Positions 8,303 through 18,292 are shown, counted from the first letter of the stretch. The stretch: DNA of 64,000 bases from Pseudomonadota bacterium (GCA_021802545.1 JAJZRS010000006.1:9308-73307), one strand, 5' to 3'. The notes: generated by a model from the sequence alone, not told the origin. Numbers and translations are program-made.

Positions 8303-9388
8303 TCAGATTTCTTCTCTTGCGATGCGCAGCGCTTCCGGAACATGGATCGTGGAAGTCGGAAAGGCGACCTCAGCGCCGTGGGCGGACACGATGTCGATGA
8401 CCTTCAGCAGAACGTCCTCCTTGACCTCATGGTACTTGATCCATTCCGTCGTCTTCGTGAAGGTGTAGATGAAGAAATCCATGGAGGAAGGGGAGAACTT
8501 GTCGAAGGCGACGATGAGCGTCTGGCTCTGGTCGATTTCGTCGTGCTCCATCAGCATCTTCCTGACGTCGCGCACGATGGCGCGCATCTTGTCAGCATCG
8601 TCGTATCTCACCCCGATCGTTTCGTGGATACGCCTGTGCGACATGCGCGAAGGATTCTCGACGGCGATGGTGGTGAAGGTCGAATTGGGCAGGTAGAGGG
8701 GGCGCTTGTCGAACGTCCTGATGCGCGTGAGACGCCAGCCGATCTCCTCGACCGTTCCCTCGATGTGCCGGTCGGGAGAGCGTATCCAGTCGCCGACCGA
8801 GAAGGGGCGGTCGAGATGGATCATCAGGCCGCCGAAGAAATTGGCGAGCATGTCCTTCGCTGCGAAGCCGATCGCGATGCCGCCCACGCCGCCGAAGGCG
8901 AGCACGCCTGAAATGCTGAATCCGAGCGTCTCTAGGGCGACCAGGGTGGCCGAAATATTGATGGAAAGCCTGATCAGTTTGGCGATTGCGGCGATGGAAG
9001 CCTTGTCGTGGCTCTCGCCGAAGTTGTCCTCCGAGCGCTTGACGAAGCGGATGAGGAACCATGCGATGCAGAAGATCACTGAAACGTTGCGCAGCGGCTG
9101 GACGATTTCGAAGAGCGCGACATGCGTTTCGTGGCGAACGATGTCGACCGCGAGCGAAATACCGAGGATCCAGATGAGCAATGATACCGGGCTGCGCAAG
9201 GCGTCGACGAAAGAATCGTCCCAGGGATTGGGGGTGAGCTGGAGCTTTTCAAAGAGACGGTCGAGAATCTTTTTCGAAGCGAAATCGAGCAGGAGGGTCA
9301 GGAGGACGATGACGAAAATCTGCGCGGCAAGTCCCCACGAGCTCCCGAGCGATTCGAACCATACCCTGAATTTTTCGAAAGAAGACAT
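8303..9388 (-). CDS. Mechanosensitive ion channel (MscS family) protein
   Basis: It has N-terminal TM helices followed by GGVGGIAIGFAAKDMLANFFGGLMIHLDRPFSVGDWI....IEGTVEEIGWR.TRIRTFDKRP.Y.PNS.F. Confidence 0.9.
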   Translation of the reverse strand: MSSFEKFRVWFESLGSSWGLAAQIFVIVLLTLLLDFASKKILDRLFEKLQLTPNPWDDSFVDALRSPVSLLIWILGISLAVDIVRHETHVALFEIVQPLRNVSVIFCIAWFLIRFVKRSEDNFGESHDKASIAAIAKLIRLSINISATLVALETLGFSISGVLAFGGVGGIAIGFAAKDMLANFFGGLMIHLDRPFSVGDWIRSPDRHIEGTVEEIGWRLTRIRTFDKRPLYLPNSTFTTIAVENPSRMSHRRIHETIGVRYDDADKMRAIVRDVRKMLMEHDEIDQSQTLIVAFDKFSPSSMDFFIYTFTKTTEWIKYHEVKEDVLLKVIDIVSAHGAEVAFPTSTIHVPEALRIAREEI

Positions 9389-9524
9389 GAATGCTCCTGC
9401 TGCAAGACACGCAGCACTTTATCAAAAAATGCGCATCGCGTCGCCTGCGTCACGCTTAATAAAAAGGTAATACTGTACCTATAGAATGTGTCCAAAGCTC
9501 TCATACGCGCGCAAAGGAATACAC

Positions 9525-11381
9525 ATGAGCGACAGCCAGTCCGAGACGGAATGCGCAACTCTCAGCCTACAGGATATTCCCGTCATGAAGATCCTTTTCG
9601 AAAACGACATGCCGCAAGGCGGCGAGCTGGACCGCCTGGTCAAGTTCGACCTGCTCGACGAGATCATCGATAAGTGCGCGCTTTCCGCCGTATTCCAGCC
9701 CATCATCGACATGAAAACGGGCCTTGTCATGGGATACGAGGGGCTGATTCGGGGGCCATCCGACAGCCCGCTGCATGCGCCCATTGCGCTGTTGAGGACG
9801 GCCGAGTCCTGCGGCAGGCTTTTCGAGCTCGAGCGCCTTTGCAGGAAAGTGACCCTCGAGAGCTTCGTGAGGCAGAAGCTCAACGGACAGCTTTTCCTCA
9901 ACATCAGCCCGGAATGCCTGATGGAGCCGCTTTTCAAGGACGGCGAGACGCTCAGGCTGGTCAAGGAGCTTGGCATCAACCCCGACAGAATCATCATCGA
10001 ACTCACCGAAGCGCATCCGACCTACGACTACTGCCTGCTGAGGGATGCGGTCAACCATTACCGCGAGATGGGGTTCAGGGTGGCGATCGACGATTTGGGC
10101 GAGGGATTCTCGAATCTCAGGCTCTGGTCGGAGTTGCGGCCCGATTTCGTCAAGATCGACATGCATTTCATCCAGGGCATCAACCAGGACGCAGTGAAGC
10201 ACCAGTTCGTCAGATCGATCCAGCAGATTGCAGAGAAAACCGAAACGAGCGTCATCGCCGAAGGCATCGAGACCATGGCCGAGCTTGCCGTGATCAAGAA
10301 TCTCAATATTGCGCTCGGACAGGGCTACCTGATCGGCAGGCCGAACGCCAATCCGGTGATCGTGGCTACTCCCGAAATTTCGAGGGCCCTGACCAAATCC
10401 TCGGGCTTGAGGGGGCCGCTCAACAACAGCGCGACGGCGAAAAAAATTCTCAAGAAAGTGTCTCCCGTCACGCCGACCACGCGCAATCAGGACGTCTTCC
10501 AGATATTCACTGAAAACCCCGATCTTTATTCGCTCCCTGTCGTCGACAACATGATTCCCGTCGGGCTCCTGAAGCGGCATCATGTCATCGAGAATTTCGC
10601 GAAGCCGTTCGTGCACGAGCTTTTCGGCAAAAAGTTTTGTGCGACGATGATGGATCCTTCTCCCATGGTCATCGATCAGAACATGGGGTTGCACGATCTC
10701 AGCAACCTGATCGTCTCCTCGGGAAGGCACCATCTCCTGGACGGCTTCGTCATCACAGACCAGGGAAAATATGTCGGCATGGGAAGCGCGCACGACCTGA
10801 TGCGCGAAATCACCGAAATCCAGATCAACATCGCAAGATATGCGAATCCTTTGACCCAGCTGCCGGGGAATGTGCCGATCAACGAGCACATTGACATGCT
10901 GCTCGCTTCTGAAGTGCCGTTCTGCGCCTGCTATTGCGATCTGGACAATTTCAAGCCTTTCAACGACGTCTACGGCTACAGGCGCGGAGACGACATGATC
11001 CAGTTTTGCGGCGAGGTGCTGTCGGACATGTGCGATTTCGAGCGGGATTTCATCGGGCATATCGGCGGCGACGACTTCATCATCCTTTTCCAGAGCCAGG
11101 ACTGGCAAAAGAGATGCAGCGACGCGCTGGTCAATTTCGACGCCATGCGCATCCGCTTCTTCTCCGACGAGCACAGAAGGGATAAGGGATTCACCACGCA
11201 GGACAGGAGAGGCGAAAGGGAGTTCGTGCCGCTTACCAGCCTCTCGATCGGCGCTGTGCCGGTTCTGCCCGGCATGTACCACACACACCATGAAATCGCA
11301 GAGGCGGCCGCCGTGGCCAAGAAGCACGCGAAGAAAACATCGGGAAGCAGCCTCTTCGTCGAGAGGCGCAGAGCGTCCTAG
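9525..11381 (+). CDS. EAL - CBS pair - degenerate GGDEF (GGDDF) signalling protein
   Basis: EAL-domain motifs are FQPI..(E)GLIRG, ELTE, DDLGEGFSNL, KID and EGIE..QGYL.GRP. The middle is CBS-like. The C-terminus is YCDLDNFKPFND.YGY.RGD..I...IGHIGGDDFIILF. The start is ATG 9525 (MSDSQ). Confidence 0.85.
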   Translation: MSDSQSETECATLSLQDIPVMKILFENDMPQGGELDRLVKFDLLDEIIDKCALSAVFQPIIDMKTGLVMGYEGLIRGPSDSPLHAPIALLRTAESCGRLFELERLCRKVTLESFVRQKLNGQLFLNISPECLMEPLFKDGETLRLVKELGINPDRIIIELTEAHPTYDYCLLRDAVNHYREMGFRVAIDDLGEGFSNLRLWSELRPDFVKIDMHFIQGINQDAVKHQFVRSIQQIAEKTETSVIAEGIETMAELAVIKNLNIALGQGYLIGRPNANPVIVATPEISRALTKSSGLRGPLNNSATAKKILKKVSPVTPTTRNQDVFQIFTENPDLYSLPVVDNMIPVGLLKRHHVIENFAKPFVHELFGKKFCATMMDPSPMVIDQNMGLHDLSNLIVSSGRHHLLDGFVITDQGKYVGMGSAHDLMREITEIQINIARYANPLTQLPGNVPINEHIDMLLASEVPFCACYCDLDNFKPFNDVYGYRRGDDMIQFCGEVLSDMCDFERDFIGHIGGDDFIILFQSQDWQKRCSDALVNFDAMRIRFFSDEHRRDKGFTTQDRRGEREFVPLTSLSIGAVPVLPGMYHTHHEIAEAAAVAKKHAKKTSGSSLFVERRRAS

Positions 11382-12542
11382 TTACCAATCCTCTTTGGAA
11401 TCAGTCTCGAAGAAGTCCAGGTGCTCGGCGAGCGCAGGCTTGAGGGACTCGCGTTCGAGCGGCTGTTCGAATGGCGCTTCCATTTTCTTCCTGAAATACA
11501 GGAATGCGCCTGCGCCGATGCCGAGCAGGGCGAGGGCTGCCGCAAGCCAGATCCAGGGGAATGAACTGTCTGCTTTTTCGGCCTTTGCATTGGCGAGCAT
11601 CCTGTCCGCAATCGCGACCTTTCTTCTCAGGTCTGAAAGATTCGCTTCCAGCGTTTTGATCTGCGACTGGAGCTGAAGCAGCTGGACCGTCTGGCTGTCT
11701 GCCTTGGCCACCAGCTGCTCTTCGGTGCGGCTCATATCCACGGCAGCTTTCGGCCCAGGCGCCGCTTCCTGTTTCGGCGCTTCCGACACGATGGCGAGCC
11801 GGAAGGCCGGCTTTTCGACTTTTGGCTTGACTTCAGGAGGCTTGACCTCGGGCGCCTTCGGCTGAGGCGCATGGGCCTTGGCCGCCACCTTTGCTTCGGG
11901 CGCTTTCGGGCCGATGTAGGGAATGCGCAGCTTCGATCCGGCCTCGAGGTGGTTGGGAGAGAGCTCCGGGTTTTCCCTCAGCACGGAAGCGACGAAACGC
12001 CTTTGCGCCATGGTGCTGTAGGGATAGAAATCGTGAGCGATGCCGGACAAGGTATCGTTCTGCCTGACCGTGAGCAGCGTGCCTTCGAATTTCCTGGGCT
12101 GGACGACTTTTTCGGCAGGCTTCGCTTCGATGCGCCTGATCGGGTTGGCGGCAACGGGCGAAACAGGCGCGCTGACAGGATCGAGAAAGGCGGTGAACGC
12201 CTTCTCTACGGTGACGCTGCTGCATCGCAGCTTGAGCTTGAGCGAGACGATGGGTTCGTTGATTCTCTGCGCCGTCGAGATCTTGACGATGCGCGGGCCA
12301 GCCGTGCCGAGCACGTCGAGGCGCGCCGTCTTGATCTGGAACAGTCCGTCGCTGGAAGGAGATGGATCGAGCGCGACGCACGCGGCATCGATCGATTCGC
12401 CATTCGAAGGATTGATGGCGATCATGGCCCTGAACGGCTCGCCGAGATGGGAATCAACCTGCATTTCGCCGATTTCCATCGCGCAGGCGCAGCCTGAGTA
12501 GGCGAGGAGGAAGACGAGCGCTTTCAGTTTTGCCTGACGCAT
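11382..12542 (-). CDS. FimV/HubP-family N-terminal-domain protein (mini-FimV) with LysM-like motif, coiled coil and C-terminal TM anchor
   Basis: It has a signal-like N-terminus and the FimV N-domain IGEMQVDSHLGEPFRAMIAI. A LysM-like block follows (TVRQNDTLSGIA....ENPEL.PNHLEAGSKLRIP). The rest is a P/K/A-rich spacer, a coiled coil and the TM segment WIWLAAALALLGIGAGAFLYF. Confidence 0.75.
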   Translation of the reverse strand: MRQAKLKALVFLLAYSGCACAMEIGEMQVDSHLGEPFRAMIAINPSNGESIDAACVALDPSPSSDGLFQIKTARLDVLGTAGPRIVKISTAQRINEPIVSLKLKLRCSSVTVEKAFTAFLDPVSAPVSPVAANPIRRIEAKPAEKVVQPRKFEGTLLTVRQNDTLSGIAHDFYPYSTMAQRRFVASVLRENPELSPNHLEAGSKLRIPYIGPKAPEAKVAAKAHAPQPKAPEVKPPEVKPKVEKPAFRLAIVSEAPKQEAAPGPKAAVDMSRTEEQLVAKADSQTVQLLQLQSQIKTLEANLSDLRRKVAIADRMLANAKAEKADSSFPWIWLAAALALLGIGAGAFLYFRKKMEAPFEQPLERESLKPALAEHLDFFETDSKEDW

Positions 12543-12586
12543 GGATGCATGAGCGGGTAAGTTGTGTTTAAGTCGGACGCTGCGCC

Positions 12587-14215
12587 TCAGATCTTGAATC
12601 TCGATACCGATTCCTGGAGCTTGACGGCAAGCAGTTCCAGCTGATGGAGCGCCTGGGAAGTCTCGCCAATCGAGGTGGAATTCTCCTTCGCAAAGCCCGC
12701 GATCCTTTCGACGCTTTGCGCGATCTCGTGGCTCGCAGTGCTTTGCTCCTGCGTCGCGCTGACCATGGAACGGATCTTCTCGAGCGTGTTGAGCGCCCCT
12801 TCATTGATCTTGGCGAGCGATTCGGACGCTTCGTTCGTGAGCGAGACGCCCGTGGAAACTTCCCGGCTGCTCGTGTCCATGATGGAGACGGCATGCTCGA
12901 TTTCCTTGCAGAATTCCTCGATCATGCTGGCGATGTCGGTCGTCGCATTGCCTGTCCGCTCCGCGAGTTTCCTGACTTCGTCGGCCACGACGGCAAATCC
13001 TCTGCCCTGTTCGCCCGCCCTGGCCGCTTCGATGGCGGCGTTGAGCGCAAGCAGATTGGTTTGATCGGCGATTTCCTTGATGACCATGACGATCTTGCCG
13101 ATTTCGTTGGAACGGTGCTCGAGCGAGGAAATGAGCTGAGCCGATTCCTTGACGTAACCTGCGACCTTCGTCAGTTCTTCGGCCGCGTTGGTGGCGACCT
13201 TCTGCCCCGCCTTGGACAGCTCCCGCGCGGTATTGGCGATCTCTTCCGTGTCAGTTGCGCTCTGCGCGACTTCCCTGATCTTCGTGCTGATGCCTTCGAC
13301 GCTCATCGAAGTGGACATGGCAGCGGAACTCTGCTGATTGGAGCTTTCCGAAATCCTGGAAGCGGAGCTTGCAAGCTGGGTGGCCGATTGGGAGACATCG
13401 TCCGCATAGTCATGGACCTGCCGCACGATTTTCTGGAAGTTTTCGGCGAGCGCATTGAAGGCCTTCGCTGCCTGGCCGATCTCGTCATTGCTTTCGACCT
13501 CGACGCGCTGGGTGAGGTCGCTGTCCTGCTGCATGCGCATCATGACGGCCTGGAGGTTCTTTGCAGGCTTGATGATCGTGCGGATGAACCAGCCGATGAC
13601 GAAGAAAAGCAGCACCTGGAGGGCAAGCTGGCCGATCCAGAGTCCCATGTTCACCCGCTTGAGTCCCGCATAATCTTCGGACAGATCGAGCACGATGCTC
13701 GCTGCGCCGTTCGAGCTGCCGACTTTGACATGGTGGCACATCAGGCAGTTCGTTCCCCTGAAGTTGGTGCTTTCGATGAACGGGATCACCGCCCTCAAGG
13801 CGGGTTTTCCGTCAGGAAGCGTCGCCCGCTGGAAAATAGGTTTTTCGGAGGCGAGCGCCTGTCTGTCGATGTCGTCCCTGGCCTGCTCTTCGGGCAGACC
13901 CGGCCCGAACTGGTCGGATACCTGCTTGGCGCGGATGATCCTGAGTTCGGCAACGCCGTCGGAGTCGCCCATTTTCCTGACCATCAGCTTGCGATTGGCA
14001 GGATCGGAGATCATTCCGGTCACCATGAGCATGTTCATGCCGTTGAGCAGGCCGTCAGAGGATATCTGGGCGCGATGCTCGGCCTCCTTGAGCATCCTCT
14101 TCTCGAAATGGTCCATCGTCCATCGCTGAGATACCGCAAGCACGATGATCAAGAAGCCCTGTATCAGAATTTGCAGCTTGGCCTGGATACTCAGAGAGTT
14201 CCAAATTTTTTTCAT
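12587..14215 (-). CDS. Methyl-accepting chemotaxis protein with periplasmic DUF3365/Tll0287-like c-type-heme sensor domain
   Basis: A CLMCH heme-binding motif (nt 13733-13747) lies between TM1 and TM2. This is followed by HAMP and then the MA hairpin [37 protein letters not shown]. Confidence 0.88.
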   Translation of the reverse strand: MKKIWNSLSIQAKLQILIQGFLIIVLAVSQRWTMDHFEKRMLKEAEHRAQISSDGLLNGMNMLMVTGMISDPANRKLMVRKMGDSDGVAELRIIRAKQVSDQFGPGLPEEQARDDIDRQALASEKPIFQRATLPDGKPALRAVIPFIESTNFRGTNCLMCHHVKVGSSNGAASIVLDLSEDYAGLKRVNMGLWIGQLALQVLLFFVIGWFIRTIIKPAKNLQAVMMRMQQDSDLTQRVEVESNDEIGQAAKAFNALAENFQKIVRQVHDYADDVSQSATQLASSASRISESSNQQSSAAMSTSMSVEGISTKIREVAQSATDTEEIANTARELSKAGQKVATNAAEELTKVAGYVKESAQLISSLEHRSNEIGKIVMVIKEIADQTNLLALNAAIEAARAGEQGRGFAVVADEVRKLAERTGNATTDIASMIEEFCKEIEHAVSIMDTSSREVSTGVSLTNEASESLAKINEGALNTLEKIRSMVSATQEQSTASHEIAQSVERIAGFAKENSTSIGETSQALHQLELLAVKLQESVSRFKI

Positions 14216-14233
14216 GGTCCCTCCCCAGTGTTT

Positions 14234-16075
14234 TTATACTGGCTCAGCCACCCTTTTCGACTGCGTGAAAAGCGTGGACTTCGTCGCCGATTCCCCGGTA
14301 AGCAATTCTTCCATGTCGAGGATGAGGACGATTGAGCCGTCGCCTGAAAGGGTTGCGCCTGCAACGCCTTTCGGCTTGATCCCCTTGAGGGGCTTGATGA
14401 CAACATCTTCCCTGCCGACGAAATTGTTCACGGCCAGGATGAAGGATTTTCCGCCCGATTTCATGAGCACCCCGTAGACCGGCGGGGCATCCTGAGGCCA
14501 GTCGATCATTTCGGCAAGCGCCCTGATCGGGAGCACTTCGTCCCGCACGACCATGGTGGCGCGTCCCGATACCGATTGAACCTGTGCCGGATTGATCGGG
14601 ATGATTTCCCTGACCATGGCGAGCGGAACGGCAAATGACTGTTCGCTGACCTGTACGATCAGGACGGGAAGTATGGCGAGCGTGAGCGGCAGGTAGATCG
14701 AGAAAGTGGATCCCTTGCCCGGCATGGACGAGATTTCTATCCTGCCGTTGAGCTTCTGGATATTGGTCTTGACGACATCCATTCCGACGCCACGTCCGGA
14801 GACGTTGGAGATCTGATCCTTGGTCGAAAATCCTGGCATGAAGATGAGGCCGAGGCTCTGCTGCTCGTCCATGCTGTTGATCGCTTCCTCGTCGGCGATG
14901 CCTTTTTCGAGCGCCTTGCGCCTCAGCGCGGCTGCATTCATCCCGCGGCCGTCGTCCGAGATCTCGATGACGATATGGTCTCCGGCCTGAACAGCCGAGA
15001 GCTTGACGATGCATTTTTCAGGTTTTCCTGCGAGAACCCGCTCCTCGGGGGTTTCGATGCCGTGATCGACGGCATTCCTGATGAGATGCACCAGCGGATC
15101 GGAGAGCTCCTCGATCATGGTCTTGTCGAGTTCGGTTTCCTCGCCGGAAATTTCGAGTTCCATTTCCTTGCCGAGCTGCCTTGCCAGATCGCGCGCCATT
15201 CTCGGGTATTTCTGGAACAGGCGGCCGACAGGCTGCATCCTGGTCTTCATGACCGCATTTTGCAATACGCCGACAAGCAGATCGAGTTCGTTGACGGCTT
15301 CGTCCAGGTCCCTCAGAGTCTGCTGATCATTCTTGCCCTGAAGTATGTTGTTTCTGAGGCAGTTCAGGCGGTTCTTCGTCAGCCCGATCTCGCCCGACAA
15401 GTTGAGCACCTGGTCGAGCCTGGCCGTGTCGATCCTGATCGTGGTTTCCTTCTCGGCGGCGCCCTTGTCCGAATCGCGCCGCGGTGCCTTGGGCGCTTCC
15501 GCTTCGCGCCTTGGGGGCTTGGGCGCCTCAACCCGAGGCTCGGCCGGTTTTGAAGGCTGGGAGACGGCAGGCACGCCGCTGACGCCCTGGTAGAGCGCTG
15601 CCCAGTCTGGTCCTCCGGAAGCGGGAGCTGCTGCAGGCGCTGGCGTTTCAACCTTCGGGGCGGCAGAAGAGGCAGGTGGGGCTTCACCCTTGACGATGGC
15701 CGAGAGCGTGGCGAGCAGCGCAGGATCGGCCGGCTCGGGCTGGGAAAAACGGGAGAGCGAGCTGAACATGTCGCGCACGATGCCGGTGGCCGCGAAAATC
15801 GCGTCCATGATGGCCGGCGTCATCGCCAGTTCGCCGTTCCTCAGCTTGTCGAACAGGTTCTCGGTGAGATGGCAGAGCTTCACCATTTCATTGGCATTGA
15901 GGAAACCCGCGCCACCCTTGATGGTGTGGAAATTCCTGAAGATGTCGTTGAGCAGCTTCTTGTCGCTCGGATCCCTTTCAAGGTCGACGAGCTTGTTGTC
16001 GACATCGGACAACAGATCGCCAGCTTCTTGCAGAAAATCCTGCAGCATTTCCTCGTTGCCAGCAAAGTCGTTCAT
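14234..16075 (-). CDS. cheA: Chemotaxis histidine kinase CheA (no recognisable P2 domain)
   Basis: Domains seen are Hpt P1 (FRNFHTIKGGAGF), P3 (TIRIDTARLD.V.NL.GE), HATPase N/G boxes (HLIRNAVDHGIE, DDGRGM, GFSTK, SGRGVGMDVV) and a CheW-like P5. Residues ~115-215 form an Ala/Pro-rich linker. Confidence 0.95.
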   Translation of the reverse strand: MNDFAGNEEMLQDFLQEAGDLLSDVDNKLVDLERDPSDKKLLNDIFRNFHTIKGGAGFLNANEMVKLCHLTENLFDKLRNGELAMTPAIMDAIFAATGIVRDMFSSLSRFSQPEPADPALLATLSAIVKGEAPPASSAAPKVETPAPAAAPASGGPDWAALYQGVSGVPAVSQPSKPAEPRVEAPKPPRREAEAPKAPRRDSDKGAAEKETTIRIDTARLDQVLNLSGEIGLTKNRLNCLRNNILQGKNDQQTLRDLDEAVNELDLLVGVLQNAVMKTRMQPVGRLFQKYPRMARDLARQLGKEMELEISGEETELDKTMIEELSDPLVHLIRNAVDHGIETPEERVLAGKPEKCIVKLSAVQAGDHIVIEISDDGRGMNAAALRRKALEKGIADEEAINSMDEQQSLGLIFMPGFSTKDQISNVSGRGVGMDVVKTNIQKLNGRIEISSMPGKGSTFSIYLPLTLAILPVLIVQVSEQSFAVPLAMVREIIPINPAQVQSVSGRATMVVRDEVLPIRALAEMIDWPQDAPPVYGVLMKSGGKSFILAVNNFVGREDVVIKPLKGIKPKGVAGATLSGDGSIVLILDMEELLTGESATKSTLFTQSKRVAEPV

Positions 16076-16085
16076 TTTATTCCCC

Positions 16086-16889
16086 TCAGAAGCCCAGGCT
16101 TTCCAGAAGTTCGTCCACCTGCGCCTGGTTGGTCACGACATCGACTCTTCCATCCGCCTTGATCACAGGGCCGTTCATCAGTCCATCAGGAACATCTTCC
16201 TTTTTGGGCATGTTTTCGATCAACAATCCGATGAGCTGCGATTCTACAGACCTGACGATGTCCACCACCTTCTTGATGACCTGTCCTGTCAGATCCTGGA
16301 AATCCTGGGCCATCATGATTTCCGTCAGCTGGGCATTGGTGGCCTTCACCTGGCCGGGCACATCGCCGAGATAATCGCGGGTCTTCACAGCCAGCGACTT
16401 GAATTCCTCGACGGAAAGCTTGTTGTCGAACGCCTTCTGCCATTCTTCGGAAAGCGCACTGGCGCGATCGCCTATTTTTTCCTGGAGGGGCCTTGCGAGC
16501 TCGATGGAATTCAGCACGCGTTCGGCTGCCTGCTGGGTCAGATTGGCGATGTAGGCGAGCCTGTCGTTCGCATCCGGTACCGAATTGACGACCTTCTCGA
16601 TGGATTTGTCATAACCGAGTTCGCGTAGCGCATTGTAGAGCGTGCGCGTGAGCTGCCCGACCTGCGCGAAAACAGGCGCGGTGTCCTCGCCGCTTTTCTG
16701 CACGGCGGCCATTTCCTGGTGCTGCTGTGAGACGGAGTCGAACAGCGCTTCCAGATCAGCCGAATCCTGCTCTGCCGGCTTCTCTTCCTCAGGTGCGGGT
16801 TGGACTTGTGGAGTAGAAGCTTCCGCGTTTCCGGCCTGTACGATCGAATCGAACAGCGCTTCCAGGTCTTCGGAGTCTTCCATTGTCAA
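16086..16889 (-). CDS. cheZ: CheY-P phosphatase CheZ
   Basis: It has the catalytic block [16 protein letters not shown] and the C-terminal CheY-binding peptide [17 protein letters not shown] 4-nt overlap with the cheY stop is present. Confidence 0.92.
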   Translation of the reverse strand: MTMEDSEDLEALFDSIVQAGNAEASTPQVQPAPEEEKPAEQDSADLEALFDSVSQQHQEMAAVQKSGEDTAPVFAQVGQLTRTLYNALRELGYDKSIEKVVNSVPDANDRLAYIANLTQQAAERVLNSIELARPLQEKIGDRASALSEEWQKAFDNKLSVEEFKSLAVKTRDYLGDVPGQVKATNAQLTEIMMAQDFQDLTGQVIKKVVDIVRSVESQLIGLLIENMPKKEDVPDGLMNGPVIKADGRVDVVTNQAQVDELLESLGF

Positions 16890-17275
16890 ATCCCCATCGT
16901 CTTGAAAATCTTGTTCAATTTCTCGTCCAGAACTGCAGCCGTGAAAGGCTTGACGATATAGCCATTCGCGCCTGATTGGGCCGCCTCGATGATGTTTTCC
17001 TTCTTGGCTTCAGCGGTCACCATCAAAACTGGAAGGTGCTTGAGCGTGGGTTCCTTCCTGATCGACCTCAAAAGCTCGATGCCGCTCATGTTGGGCATGT
17101 TCCAGTCGGATACGACGAACTCGAATCCGCCGCCTTGCAGTTTTTTCAGGGCATCCAGCCCGTCCTCGGCTTCGGTCACGTTGGGAAAGCCAAGTTCTTT
17201 CAGAAGATTGCGGATGATTCTGCGCATCGTCGAAAAATCGTCGACCACCAGAATTTTCAGATCGGCCTTCGCCAT
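16886..17275 (-). CDS. cheY: Chemotaxis response regulator CheY
   Basis: It is a 129-aa single REC domain, [12 protein letters not shown]...[12 protein letters not shown]...R......[15 protein letters not shown]...GA.GY.VKPFT. Confidence 0.95.
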   Translation of the reverse strand: MAKADLKILVVDDFSTMRRIIRNLLKELGFPNVTEAEDGLDALKKLQGGGFEFVVSDWNMPNMSGIELLRSIRKEPTLKHLPVLMVTAEAKKENIIEAAQSGANGYIVKPFTAAVLDEKLNKIFKTMGI

Positions 17276-17349
17276 AAAGTCTCCATGATCAACCCGTTGC
17301 GCGCCTGCGCAAAATGGGGATTATTCCGAATAAGGGTGTCTTTGGTCAA

Positions 17350-18282
17350 TTATCTTTCCAGATACTGCCGCATCGTTTCGGCCAGGACCGCAGGATTGAA
17401 TTTCGCGACATAGTCGTCCACGCCGACCGTTTTTCCCATCGCCCTGTTCGCTTCAGAAGAAAGCGAAGAGTGCATGATGACCGGAATGCCCGAAAAGCGC
17501 TGGTCCGATTTGATGTTGCGGGTCAGGACATAGCCGTCCATTTCGGGCATCTCGGCATCGACCAAAATCAGCCTGAGCCTGTCGTGCAGCGGCCCTTCCT
17601 TTTCGAGCGCTGCGAGGCCCTGGAGCTTGTCCCAGGCCTCCCTGCCGTTGTTTGCCTGATAGTATTTGACGCCAAGCTTGTCGAGCACCTGGGTGATCTC
17701 CTTGCGGGCGACCATGGAGTCGTCCGCGAAAAAGATCGTTGCTTCGCCGTCCGTCTGCACAGGCGTCACGCTGGGAATGTCCGGCTCGCCGAATGCCTGC
17801 ACGAGGATCTGCTCGACGTCGAGAACCGAAACGAGCCTGCCGTCTTCGAGTTCGGTGACCGAAGTGATGAGGCCTTCGTTTCCCGTCAGCATGGTTTCGG
17901 GAGACTTCATTTTTTCCCAGTCGACGCGGATGATCCGGTCGACGCTTTCCACCAGAAAGCCCTGCGTCTGGCGGCTGTACTCGGTCACCATCATGGTTTC
18001 TCCGACGCCCCGCCTGTCGATATTGAGAAAACTGGCCAGGTTGAGGACAGGGATGATGTTGCCCCTGAGCGAGATGATCCCGACCACGCCCGTGTGCATG
18101 TTGGGCGTTTTGGTGATCGGCGGGGTTTTCGTCACTTCCCTGATCTTGAACACGTTGATGCCGAAGATTTCGTTCGTGCCGAGCGAGAACAGCAGGATTT
18201 CCATCTTGTTCGACCCTGCCAGGGTGGTGCGCGCGTCGATGCTCGCCAGAAGTGTGGTGTCTTGATTGTTGCCGAATTCCAT
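17350..18282 (-). CDS. cheV: CheV (CheW-like domain + receiver domain), copy 2
   Basis: The N-terminal CheW-like domain is LFSLG..EIFGINVFK.REV. The C-terminal REC is FFADDS...R.......D.EMPEMDGY.LT..IK. Confidence 0.9.
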   Translation of the reverse strand: MEFGNNQDTTLLASIDARTTLAGSNKMEILLFSLGTNEIFGINVFKIREVTKTPPITKTPNMHTGVVGIISLRGNIIPVLNLASFLNIDRRGVGETMMVTEYSRQTQGFLVESVDRIIRVDWEKMKSPETMLTGNEGLITSVTELEDGRLVSVLDVEQILVQAFGEPDIPSVTPVQTDGEATIFFADDSMVARKEITQVLDKLGVKYYQANNGREAWDKLQGLAALEKEGPLHDRLRLILVDAEMPEMDGYVLTRNIKSDQRFSGIPVIMHSSLSSEANRAMGKTVGVDDYVAKFNPAVLAETMRQYLER

Positions 18283-18292
18283 CTTGTTTCTC

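Noticed and set aside
11379-11384. Convergent gene pairs with zero intergenic distance: TAG/TTA at 11381|11382 and TAG/CTA at 41422|41423. I considered them as possible engineered or recombination junctions.
   Set aside because: Abutting or overlapping convergent stops also occur elsewhere in this window (20611-20618, 26483-26502, 37736-37743, 44419-44422). This looks like a general feature of a compact genome, not a junction.
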